A stretch of 30,007 bases of DNA from positions 1-30,007 of the IMG/VR virus record IMGVR_UViG_3300012231_000037. The stretch is one strand, 5' to 3'. Source of the DNA: a virus (lineage: Duplodnaviria > Caudoviricetes). Below, one piece after another: positions 7,651 through 16,500 of the stretch; position 1 is the first letter of the stretch, and every line of letters begins with the position of its first letter. Below the pieces are notes generated by a model that worked only from the letters and a program-made list of their open reading frames with translations, had not been told where the DNA came from and did no database searches. The position numbers were made by a program, and so were the translations under genes.

Positions 7651-8510
7651 TCATCCTCAAATCGATCCCAGCGCGGGTGGCGATAGCCATCCGTCGGGGT
7701 GAAGTCCTGGTACTCGATGCGCAGCTTCCGTCCGAGTGCGGGGTGCGTCGCGTCGGGACGTCCCGACGCGGCGAAGGCCGCGAGCTCGGCATCGTTGCGA
7801 GTCTTGACGCTGGTGGCGTTGCCTTTCGCGTCCTGCAACAGCACCATGGCGAACGGCCCACGGTCGACCTTCTCGCCGCGACCTGCGGCAAAGCCGACGA
7901 CCGTGCAGACAGCCGTCTGCAACTTCTTGACCTTCACGAACACGGGCGAGCGCTTGCCCGGGAAGTACCGCGCGGTGCGTTGCTTCAGGATGGCGCCCTC
8001 GCCACCCCGTGCCCAGACGGCCTTCACGAAGTCGGACACGTCGTCGAGACAGGTCAGCGCCATGTTGGGCGCCAAGTGCAATGCGACAGACTGCGGAAGG
8101 GTTTGGAAGATCGTCTCGAGGATCGCGCGCCGCTGGTCATAGGTCAGCATGGCCGTGCTGCCCGCTGTGCTGCGCAGCACGTCGAACACGACGAAGCGCT
8201 TCTGGTCGACCAGGTCGAGACGGCTCACGTCGCTGCTGGTCACGCCTGACATGAGCTCGCCATCGTAGACGCCGTAGGGCAGGCGCGACAGGTCCCGCAT
8301 CAAGTGCACGGGCAGCGCCTGCACGAGCATCGTCTTACCTTCGGCGCCGGCGTGCTGACTCGGGCGCGTCCACGCCGTGATCGTCTGGGCGACCTCGACG
8401 ATGAGACGCCAGCCATCGTATTTCTCCTCGATGGCCCAATCGAGCCAGTCCAGGATCTTTGCCTTCGACATGGGGACCGCGAGCATGGGCTTGAACGGGG
8501 CTTCCGTCAT
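7647..8510 (-). CDS. lig: ATP-dependent DNA ligase (compact)
   Basis: PMLA, motif I EEKYDGWR, DGELM, FVVFDVL, EGAILK, FVKVKK, OB-fold tail YRHPRW. ATG 8510 with GGAGG RBS. Confidence 0.93.
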   Translation of the reverse strand: MTEAPFKPMLAVPMSKAKILDWLDWAIEEKYDGWRLIVEVAQTITAWTRPSQHAGAEGKTMLVQALPVHLMRDLSRLPYGVYDGELMSGVTSSDVSRLDLVDQKRFVVFDVLRSTAGSTAMLTYDQRRAILETIFQTLPQSVALHLAPNMALTCLDDVSDFVKAVWARGGEGAILKQRTARYFPGKRSPVFVKVKKLQTAVCTVVGFAAGRGEKVDRGPFAMVLLQDAKGNATSVKTRNDAELAAFAASGRPDATHPALGRKLRIEYQDFTPTDGYRHPRWDRFEDE

Positions 8511-8596
8511 GATGTCCTCCGCTTGGTGAGTGTCCACTTGATGTAGGTCGACTGACGCACAGCGACCCAGATGGTGCCGACGAGAATCTCGAACAT
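8507..8596 (-). CDS. Possible 29-aa peptide
   Basis: GAGGAG RBS; MFEILVGTIWVAVRQSTYIKWTLTKRRTS; its stop overlaps the ligase ATG. Confidence 0.4.
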   Translation of the reverse strand: MFEILVGTIWVAVRQSTYIKWTLTKRRTS

Positions 8597-8605
8597 GATC
8601 TCTCC

Positions 8606-9061
8606 TCAGGTGCGCACGCCGAAGCGGCGTGCGGTGCGACGATACGACTCCGTCGAGATCGTCTGGACATACGTCATGACGTCCGTCCATTCGAGTGCGT
8701 AGTGGCGCGCCCATTCCCAGGCGGATTCCTCTTCGAGCAGTTGCAGGCGAATGTCCCGCAGGGTGCTGTAGCGGTTCGTCAGGCGCATCTCGAGCGAGCC
8801 CTCGGTCGACCCGCAGGATCCCAGCGGGTGCAAGCAATGTCCGAGCTCGTGCAGGGCCACGGCATACGTCGTCTCGTCCCTGACCGGCGCGATGAGGACG
8901 AGCTTCCGGCGCTGCGGGGGCGGCAGGTGCTCGTCCTCCTTCGGATAACCCGCTCCTGCCTCGTGCGGCAGGAGCGAGTGGGTCACCTGAAGCATCACGC
9001 CGAACGCCTGCGCCAGCTCGACGACGTGCTGGGCCAGACGGTCATTCGGCGTCAGTGTCAT
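8606..9061 (-). CDS. ImmA/IrrE-like Zn metallopeptidase
   Basis: YAVALHELGH (HExxH) with downstream EEESAWEWA; GAGGAGG RBS before ATG 9061. Confidence 0.75.
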   Translation of the reverse strand: MTLTPNDRLAQHVVELAQAFGVMLQVTHSLLPHEAGAGYPKEDEHLPPPQRRKLVLIAPVRDETTYAVALHELGHCLHPLGSCGSTEGSLEMRLTNRYSTLRDIRLQLLEEESAWEWARHYALEWTDVMTYVQTISTESYRRTARRFGVRT

Positions 9062-9072
9062 CGTCGTCCTCC

Positions 9073-9351
9073 TCATCGTCGTCGTCCGCGTCGTCGTCGC
9101 AAGCTGATCCGGTCGCGCGTCAGGCCCGCATCGCCTTGGCCCTTGGCCCGCAGGTCGAGGAAGGGCTGGAGACGCGAGGCGCCACGGTGGCGTCCAATGT
9201 CGAGGGTCGGGATGCACCAGCCGAATCCCGTGACCGCCCACAGCTCGAACTGGCGCGCCTCATACGGCATGTCCCAGTCGCGCGTGGTCTCCCACGCGGG
9301 GCGCTTCAGGTCGTGCTCGATGACGTTGGACGGGAGAATGTCTGCCTTCAT
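9073..9351 (-). CDS. Hypothetical protein
   Basis: AGGAGG RBS; 92 aa; the 3' part is uncertain. Confidence 0.55.
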   Translation of the reverse strand: MKADILPSNVIEHDLKRPAWETTRDWDMPYEARQFELWAVTGFGWCIPTLDIGRHRGASRLQPFLDLRAKGQGDAGLTRDRISLRRRRGRRR

Positions 9352-9360
9352 GATGTCCTC

Positions 9361-9663
9361 CTAGGACAGGGTGTCCGCGTGCGTGATGACCGGCGCGAGG
9401 ATGGCCTCGAGGCCTGTCGTGTAATCCGAGATCACGTCGTAGCCGTCGTTCCCGTAGACGAAGTAGACCCAGCCGACGGATTCGGGATTGAACGGCACGA
9501 AGACGTAAAGGTGCTCGTCGTCGACTTCCATGAGGTGCTCGAGAATCGACGCCGAGTCCGGCGTCGGCGTCGTCGGCTCGAGCGCCGGCAGGTACCAGCG
9601 CGCGTCACCGTCGCAGCGGGCGTGGCCAATGTCGTAGCGCAGGGACGCGATGAGTTGGCTCAT
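9361..9663 (-). CDS. Hypothetical phage protein
   Basis: GGAGGAG RBS, ATGA coupling, motif GWVYFVYGNDGYDVISDYT. Confidence 0.75.
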   Translation of the reverse strand: MSQLIASLRYDIGHARCDGDARWYLPALEPTTPTPDSASILEHLMEVDDEHLYVFVPFNPESVGWVYFVYGNDGYDVISDYTTGLEAILAPVITHADTLS

Positions 9664-9917
9664 GACTTCTCCTCCGTGACGGTGCCGAACTTGCTGATGG
9701 TGAACGAACGCAAGGTCTCCGATTCCGTGTCGAACAGGTAGGCCGCGATGATGTTGTCCGCCTGACGCCCGCCGCGGATGGCGCGGGCACGGATGTAGTC
9801 GACGCCGGCGGGCCACGACGGCGCACCGTCTCGCGTGCGGTGCCGGTCAGGTGCCAACGGCTCGAGCTGCGTCGTCGAGGGTCGACCGTCGGTGTGGATG
9901 AGTGTGACGTTCAACAT
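9660..9917 (-). CDS. Hypothetical protein
   Basis: AAGGAGG RBS, 85 aa. Confidence 0.75.
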   Translation of the reverse strand: MLNVTLIHTDGRPSTTQLEPLAPDRHRTRDGAPSWPAGVDYIRARAIRGGRQADNIIAAYLFDTESETLRSFTISKFGTVTEEKS

Positions 9918-9932
9918 GAGGGCCTCCTTGGG

Positions 9933-10139
9933 TTACGACTGGATGGCGTGGCACGCCGCGTCGAGCTGGTCGCACAATTCGCTGACCGCATCGTTCTGTG
10001 CATCGGTCAGGCCGTCGTTCTGCATGTCCATGTTCTCGAGACGTTCGCAACGACGCAAGGCCGACTTGATGAGCTTCAGCGCCTGCGCACGTTCCGCGCG
10101 GACCAACGTGATGTTCTGCTTGACGTTCATGTAAGGCAT
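9933..10139 (-). CDS. Hypothetical helical protein
   Basis: GGAGGT RBS before ATG 10139; 68 aa. Confidence 0.7.
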   Translation of the reverse strand: MPYMNVKQNITLVRAERAQALKLIKSALRRCERLENMDMQNDGLTDAQNDAVSELCDQLDAACHAIQS

Positions 10140-10152
10140 GGGAACCTCCAGG

Positions 10153-10233
10153 TTAACGCGCGTTGCGGATCGCACGGGCGCCGAACAGGCCGAGGGCGGC
10201 GAAGAAGACGAGCAAGGTCAGGGACGTAATCAT
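10153..10233 (-). CDS. 26-aa hydrophobic peptide, first gene after the control region
   Basis: GGAGG RBS; MITSLTLLVFFAALGLFGARAIRNAR. Confidence 0.55.
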   Translation of the reverse strand: MITSLTLLVFFAALGLFGARAIRNAR

Positions 10234-10887
10234 TGTGAGCCTCCGCTCCGCGCCTGACCCTGTGATCGTCAGGGTCAGGCACAGACGCAAGCGCAAACGA
10301 TTGCCATTCCCGCGTGCTGCGGGCCGACGTTCAATGCCTACCTCTGCGGCTAAGGCATTGCTCCGATACAGGAGCGTCTAGGCGCGAGGTGATACGTTTG
10401 ACATCGCGTGAGCGAGTCGGGCCGTGGGTTCGGCGGCTTGCCCCATCGTTACCTCGTTCGTACTTCAGTGTGTCCCCTGACCTTCCCGCGACAATCAACC
10501 CGGCGGCTGTGTCTATGGGCGTCCGATGCGTTTCACCCTGTCGGCCTCCACGACGGCCCCGAACACACACATACAATGCAACGCGGCGGCCAGGTCTGGC
10601 AACGGGAATCCCGAGCAAAATCACGGGTTCTCCAGTGCCCTGCGTCCCAGGGCACTTACAAATTACACTTGTGCTTACACTTTTGACTCGACTGCTGGTT
10701 TGGACGTAGACTGTCGCCAGGCGGGTTCCTGACCTGCGGACGCAGGTCAGGCTACTATATGATGCGTCGAAACGGCGGAATGTAGAATCTACCCGAATCG
10801 CTCACGCGGCGTCAAACCGAGGCCCACGACGTATACCCGCCTGACGCGGAACGCGCGTCCCTGCTAGCCTCCTGAGGTCTCAGGCGG

Positions 10888-10911
10888 CTTGTTGAAAACT
10901 TGTTGAAAACT
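10888..10911. repeat. Tandem 11-bp repeat CTTGTTGAAAA x2 (DnaA-box-like)
   Basis: Read directly; the reverse complement TTTTCAACA is one mismatch from TTWTNCACA. Confidence 0.6.
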
Positions 10912-10988
10912 CCGTATTCTCACAGTTATCTCACAACTTTCGTGGGATGACCTGTGAGCACCGGCAGTTTTCGCTCGAGTTATGGCGG

Positions 10989-11001
10989 TAAGTGATTGAT
11001 T
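10989..11001 (-). promoter_or_regulatory. IHF-binding consensus site
   Basis: Reverse complement AATCAATCACTTA matches WATCAANNNNTTR exactly. Confidence 0.55.
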
Positions 11002-11163
11002 ACAGGGTAGTTATGCGAGGCCTCGCCTGCCGGAGCCGCCAGGGCGCACGAGGACGATTCTGGGCCTGTCACGTCGTCCGAAGCCTGAACTCGCCGCAGG
11101 CGAACGCCTGACCGGCTGGGATCCGGCCTGCACCATCGGGCGACAGGTGCAGGCCTCCATGGG

Positions 11164-11469
11164 TCAGGCAGGATGATCGCGTTCCTCGAGCGCCTGTCTG
11201 AGATAGACGGCGAGGTCGAGCGCTTCCTGGTAGGCGTCCATCAACGCATCACGTCCGTTGTGCGCTTGCAGGAGAGTGCCGTAGCGCTCGAGCCCCACCT
11301 GCTTCCGCGCCTCGATGTCAGCAATGACCATGTCCTGGATAGCTCCACCACCGGTTCGAACCGGTGGTGGTTGATGTTGGGCGACAGGCGGGACCGCGTC
11401 CGAGAGACGTCGCGTCGTGGTCAACGACGCGGCGGGGTCGTCATGGAACTGCGGCCAATCGCGCGGCAT
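11164..11469 (-). CDS. MazG-like (all-alpha NTP pyrophosphatase-type) phage protein
   Basis: RKQVGLERYGTLL...NGRDALMDAYQEALDLAVYL with an acidic ExxD helix; TGATG coupling. Confidence 0.55.
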   Translation of the reverse strand: MPRDWPQFHDDPAASLTTTRRLSDAVPPVAQHQPPPVRTGGGAIQDMVIADIEARKQVGLERYGTLLQAHNGRDALMDAYQEALDLAVYLRQALEERDHPA

Positions 11470-12695
11470 CAGCGTGTCTCCAGAACGATCGGCCACTCGC
11501 AGGTCACGCCGCGCTTCTTGTCCACGAGGATGAAGTTCTGGGAGGGCATCTCGTAGTCCGCCTTGATGCTGAGCGCGAAGGCGTTGTAGCCGATGAGGGA
11601 CGCACCCGACTGGAAGTTGCCGCCGTTCTTGCGCTGGTGGAAGTGACCGAACAGGTCATAGTCCACGGCCTTCGCCTTATTCCACTGCGCGATGGCCTTG
11701 AAGGTCGGGATGAAGATCCCGCCGATGCCGCCTTGGTACTTGATCATGTGTCCGTGATGCAGGCGGAATCGCTTGCCGTAGACGTCGAGGTAGGAGTGCG
11801 GTCCCTCCGCGATCTGGAACGTGATGCGCGGCTCAGTGCGGAAGTACGTCGCGAGCGCGTGGTACATCAGGTACTCGATGGAGTGCCCGTTCTCCGTGGA
11901 AAAGCGCGTCGTCTTCGTCGTCCGCGCATGGTTGCCCGAATGACACGGCACCGTGAAGGTCAGCTTTGAGTTGGCGAGGAGGAACTCGAAGCCCGAAATC
12001 AGCAAGCTCTGCGCGTAACGGATCGCCTCCATCGGCGGCAGCATGCAGATCTCGGGGAACTCCTCGTGGATGTCGTTGCTGATGAAGTCGCCCAGCAGTG
12101 GGAGCACCATGTTGTTGACGGGAATGTCTTGCTGGACGAGGCGCGTCAGGCGCAGCGCACCCTGGAAGAACTTCGCCGCGCGAGCCTTGGCGATATCCAG
12201 GTTGAACTCGTTAAGGCCCGAGACGACGCGCGGATCCACGCGCTCCTCGACGTGCCAGTCATGCGCCGGCACAATGACGGTGCCCTCGTTCGTGCTGTGC
12301 CCAGCCGACTTCGGTTCGATGGTGATCGTCTCCACCGCCCTCGAGAGGCCCTGCACGATCCCGAGCTCACCTTCGAGACGTTCTACGTCCTTCATCGCCA
12401 CCCCGTACTTGCGCTGGATCTGCGCCAGGTCTTCGCGGAGCTTGACCTTTTCGCGGTCCGCCAGTACCTGTGCCGAGGGTTGCTGGCTGTGACGTTCCTT
12501 GATCAAGCACGGCGCACAAAGGCCCGTGACCGAATCGCGGCCAATAAGTGCAGGGCAATGCCGGCACTTCCGTTCTTTCAGCGGGGAAGACAGTTGACGT
12601 TCCTTGGTCAGGCACGGTGCACACAAGCCCGTGACCGAATCGCGGTAGACAAGCGTGGGGCAGTGCCGACACTTACGGTCTTTTCTTGAGGCCAT
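11469..12695 (-). CDS. Calcineurin-like metallophosphoesterase with N-terminal duplicated Zn finger and coiled coil
   Basis: DWH, LGD, GNH, HHGH and GHFH motifs in canonical order. Confidence 0.88.
   Translation of the reverse strand: MASRKDRKCRHCPTLVYRDSVTGLCAPCLTKERQLSSPLKERKCRHCPALIGRDSVTGLCAPCLIKERHSQQPSAQVLADREKVKLREDLAQIQRKYGVAMKDVERLEGELGIVQGLSRAVETITIEPKSAGHSTNEGTVIVPAHDWHVEERVDPRVVSGLNEFNLDIAKARAAKFFQGALRLTRLVQQDIPVNNMVLPLLGDFISNDIHEEFPEICMLPPMEAIRYAQSLLISGFEFLLANSKLTFTVPCHSGNHARTTKTTRFSTENGHSIEYLMYHALATYFRTEPRITFQIAEGPHSYLDVYGKRFRLHHGHMIKYQGGIGGIFIPTFKAIAQWNKAKAVDYDLFGHFHQRKNGGNFQSGASLIGYNAFALSIKADYEMPSQNFILVDKKRGVTCEWPIVLETR
12492..12677 (-). repeat. Intragenic tandem duplication (105-bp period) encoding two C4 Zn fingers
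   Basis: RKCRHCPTLVYRDSVTGLCAPCLTKER and RKCRHCPALIGRDSVTGLCAPCLIKER. Confidence 0.9.
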
Positions 12696-12723
12696 GGTTT
12701 CTCCTGAGGAAGGGACGACAATA

Positions 12724-13164
12724 TTACAGGACGTAGTCGACGCCAGTCAACAGCATTTTGGCGAGACGATCCGCGCGATCCGCGGACCACTTCATGCGGT
12801 AGATCTCTCGAGCGCCTGCGCTCCAGTCGCGTTTCTCGCAGGCCGCCAGGACGCGAGCGCACTGGAACGCTTCGGGCCCCGCGGTGAACATCATCTCGAG
12901 GAGAACACGGCGGCGGACCTCGTTAACCTCGAGCGACGGGGCGAACGCGGCGAGCACCTCCGCGGTGCGGATGAGGTCGACTCGCAGGACCGCGAGTGCG
13001 TCCGCCTCCGTCAATGAGGGCGGGTCCGTCATCGGATGACCGAGTGCGGCAGCGAGTCCTTCCGGACCTCGCCGGGTCAGGTCGTAGCCGACGCCGATCA
13101 CGCCGTCAAGTGTCGGCGAGAGTGCGAGGCCGCAGTGCAAAATGAGCTGGTCTTGGATCGTCAC
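12724..13164 (-). CDS. T4-type (GH24) lysozyme/endolysin homolog with catalytic Glu replaced
   Basis: QLILHCG...IGVG.DL...EADALAVLRVD...VRRRVLLEMMF..G...DW..GARE....KW....RA.RLAKMLLTG follows the T4-lysozyme-like pattern; lies next to the holin. Confidence 0.8.
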   Translation of the reverse strand: MTIQDQLILHCGLALSPTLDGVIGVGYDLTRRGPEGLAAALGHPMTDPPSLTEADALAVLRVDLIRTAEVLAAFAPSLEVNEVRRRVLLEMMFTAGPEAFQCARVLAACEKRDWSAGAREIYRMKWSADRADRLAKMLLTGVDYVL

Positions 13165-13286
13165 AGGTCGTCCTCCACAAGGTCACACAGCGCGGCGCCG
13201 GTGATCTGGTTCTTCAAGATATCCACTTCGATGAGGTCACACAGCGCGGCGCCATTCAAGCGTCCCGCGCGTCTGCGTCGTCTCAT
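13161..13286 (-). CDS. 41-aa peptide with internal GAALCDL repeat
   Basis: AGGAGG RBS; MRRRRRAGRLNGAALCDLIEVDILKNQITGAALCDLVEDDL; stop overlaps the lysozyme GTG; 20-bp direct repeat at 13180-13199 and 13234-13253. Confidence 0.55.
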   Translation of the reverse strand: MRRRRRAGRLNGAALCDLIEVDILKNQITGAALCDLVEDDL

Positions 13287-13298
13287 GGTTGCCTCCTG

Positions 13299-13529
13299 CT
13301 ACAGACCGAAGTACCTCGCCACCAACGCGGTTACGAGGGTCGTGACGAGCAGCGCCGTCAACCAGCGCACCGCCCGACGGTGATTCTCGACTACCACAAT
13401 GCGGACCTCGTGGTTGCTGACCTTCGTATCCACGGAGTCGACCTTGTCCGACGTGGACTTGATGTCGGCCTTCAGGTCTTGGTGCATGTCGCGGAGATAC
13501 GTTTGCAGGTTAAACTTGTCTTGGCCCAT
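13299..13529 (-). CDS. Putative holin (XhlA-like: coiled coil + C-terminal TM helix)
   Basis: 76 aa, TM segment WLTALLVTTLVTALVARYFGL, positioned between tail genes and lysozyme. Confidence 0.6.
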   Translation of the reverse strand: MGQDKFNLQTYLRDMHQDLKADIKSTSDKVDSVDTKVSNHEVRIVVVENHRRAVRWLTALLVTTLVTALVARYFGL

Positions 13530-13533
13530 AGCT

Positions 13534-16500
13534 TTACTCCATGACTAGCGCGAGCCGTCGCCAGCTCAGCTTCTTGATGGCCGCCGCCCGTGCAGTGACC
13601 GAGATGAGAAAAGGCAGACCCGCAGCGGTCAAGCCCGTCGCCACCGGACTCGCGGCGGAGTTCGGCAGGGTCACCCAATCGCCATCGTCTACCTTGAAGG
13701 AGACGGTATACGTCGAGCTGTCCGGACCCAACTGCGTGCGGATATGCAGTGCGTACTCCGTATTGGGAGCAATGGCCGCGAGCACAGCTGTCTTCGCCGA
13801 GCCGCCTGCGTTCGACGACATGAAACCCACCCACCCTTGGTCCAGGTCCACCGAAGAATAGCGGAACGCGATCAGCTTCGTGGACGCAGGCGTACCGGAC
13901 GTTGGAGACGCGCCGGTGACCGCCGCATCAGAGAACCCGATGAACAGCAACATGTCCGCGAGGTTCGGTCCCGTCAAGATATTGATCGTCGTCTCGAAGT
14001 TCCACTCGGGGTAGAACCACTCCGTCGTGTAGACGAAGCTCTGGTTCAGATTTACTGCCGTGGTCGCATACGTCAGCCACTTCCGGAGCGCTGTTGTCGT
14101 CGGCGGCTTACCCATCGATCCGACGGAGGCATCATACGTCGGTGCCGTGCCGCCGTTGTTGAGCTGGATGCCAATGCCCTTGAGTCCATGGTTACCTGAG
14201 GTGATGGGGAGGTGATACCCTTCGATGCTGCGGAGGTCCGTCGAGCTCGGTGCGGACTGGGCCACAGCCGACTTGACGACACCGCGCAAGTTCTGCGTAC
14301 CGCTCGAGACCGTCTTGAGAATCTGAAGCAGCAGGTCGTTGAGCTCGAACTTGACCGACGAGGCCGTCACGGTATAGCGCGGCAGCAAGGTGTCCGACTC
14401 GTCATGGAACTGGTCAATGGTGACATCCTGGATCAAGAAGTCACCATTGCACGGCGGATCAGACAGGTCCACATGGACCATCTGACCCGACTTCGTCTTG
14501 GGGTCGCGCGTCCCGTACTTGATCGTGACGACGGGTCGGCTGAAGAGCTCGAGCTCGGCGTTGGCCGCAATATACATCTGCTGCGGCAGAAGCATGCTCG
14601 TATCTGAGATAACGCTCTCGTGGACGCCGTCCGTCCCTTCGAGCGCCGCCATCGCCTCTTGAGACTCGAGGTCGTTGACCTGCATGTAGAACCGCACGCC
14701 GGCGCCCTCTTCAAGATCAAACGGGAGCGCCTCCGTCAAGAACAGCGCACCTTCACCCGGCTCAAAGCTACTCGGCGCGAAGTACGTAATCACGTGGCCG
14801 TTGACGATCAGCTGTCCGCCTGCCTCCGAGAAGATCGACACGTCCGCGACCTGGAGTTGGCTGTCGCCCGTGAAGGCCGGCTCCGTCGTGATCGTGCCGG
14901 CCCCCATGACGGTCACGCGATTCCGGATCTGGGACATGTCCGTGGACGACGTGAACTTCGGCTCTCGGAGCAAGCTCGTGTTAGCGTCGTCGATGTCCTC
15001 CGGCGGATCCGTATCCTCGAGGACCGGACCGTCAGGATTCGGCCAGGTCAGGCTGACGCCGGTGGTATTGAACCGCGGCCGCACCCCAAAGTCGGGCGTC
15101 GGATTGATCAGAATCAGCGAGCCGTCATAGGGCAGTGTGCCGAGCTGCACGTCGGGCCCCGGCACGGGCGGTACGAAGGGTCCCGTCTGACCAGGCGCGC
15201 TCAGCAAGAACCGCGTGAACTGAAAGAACACTTTGTAGTACGCCGGCGCGACCCCGTTGATCTCGGGATACAGCGGCAGCGACGTGAACGCGGGGCCCTT
15301 GCCAATGGGGGGACTGGACGCGCCAGAAAGGCCAGCGTGGCCCGTGTTATTGATCGTAAAGTCGTCATTCAACATCACGGAGTTGGACAACTCAGACGCG
15401 ATGGTCTCCGTGCCGTCCTCATACACCGCGGCGACCCTGAACCGGTACGTTCCGCTAGCTGAGAATGAATAGCCCACCGAGTCGCCGCCCTCAACGACTG
15501 GTGCTGCGCCCGCGACAGGCGGCGGCGGCAAGATGGGCACCGTCAGACCGGCCGTTCCCTCATAATGGATCGGGCCGTCGTCAGGTGCGTTGAAGTACGA
15601 GTCGAAGTCCGTTGTGGTGTTGTCGTTCACCTTCCAGCCGCGCGTCAAAGGGCCCGTACCGCGACCGAAGTACACCCGTCGCGCGACCACGGTAATACTG
15701 CCGCCCGGATCGACGCCGATGGGCACGCCCGCGAAGTGGATCTGCTTGAGGCCTGTCGCAGCCAGCACGTTGGACGTGGGCCCCAAGCGCGACTCGACGC
15801 CGTTGGAGTAGAGGAACGTCGTCCGCACGTAGATATACGCGGCCGGAAAGCTCAGCGTGTTCGGCATCGCCAGGCCTTCGGACAACGTGATCGCGGTGCC
15901 AGGTCCGTTCGACAGCGGTGACAACGGCCGAAGCGCAGGTGGTTTGGTGTGAAAGAAGTGGATGTCTTTCTGATAGTCTACGTACCAATGCCCACCCCCG
16001 ATGGCGGCCGCCATCTCAGACAGGCAGGATGAGAAGTCCTTCGTGCCGTCAAACGTCACCGAGATGGGCGCCAGCAAGGTCTGGACATGCGTGACAGTGA
16101 ACCCCGGCGCATACTTCGTGATCAAGTCCACCACGATCTCGGACGCCGAGATATTCTCGTAGGTCCCGAAAGGCCGCTTCGCGTTGAGCAGCCACGTAAA
16201 GTCAATGATCGTGACGCGCCAGACCAGCTGACCACGCTGCTCTTCGTACTCTTGGTCCACCGTTTGGACATTACCCTTGAAGAGCTGCCGGTCACCGTCC
16301 TCGTGGTCGACGATCTCGATCTCTTCCCCCTCCTGCGGACGATTGCTCGCACCGTCGATGGTGAAGGAACACGTATTGGGCGACTGATTCAGTACATCAC
16401 GGATCTGGATGCCCGGCAGGCGGCGCAGGTCATTCCCGCGCGTCAGCGTCGTATACTTGAACCCGTTGCGGAACGTCGTCGTGGCGTTGCCCGGCTCAGT

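Larger units (their letters stand above)
10234..11163. promoter_or_regulatory. Large non-coding control region (early promoters, origin or genome-end region)
   Basis: ~930 bp without an RBS-led ORF, lying between the late and early modules. Contains several hairpins, AT-rich direct repeats and an IHF consensus. Confidence 0.6.

Noticed and set aside
7647-8837. Long N-terminal extensions given by the ORF track (ligase 396 aa; also 24478..25740, 5178..6107, 21668..22294)
   Set aside because: They overlap upstream genes; RBS and stop-start coupling support the shorter starts reported.
10398-10403. TTGACA -35 hexamer on the plus strand
   Set aside because: No -10-like hexamer at 16-18 bp spacing.
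10234-11163. tRNA, structured ncRNA or attP in the non-coding region
   Set aside because: No cloverleaf or T-loop motif recognised and no integrase in the window; a covariance-model search would be needed to exclude an ncRNA.
13180-13253. 20-bp direct repeat with a 34-bp spacer, resembling a mini-CRISPR
   Set aside because: Only two copies, not palindromic, no cas genes, and the 54-bp period is in frame within an RBS-led ORF.
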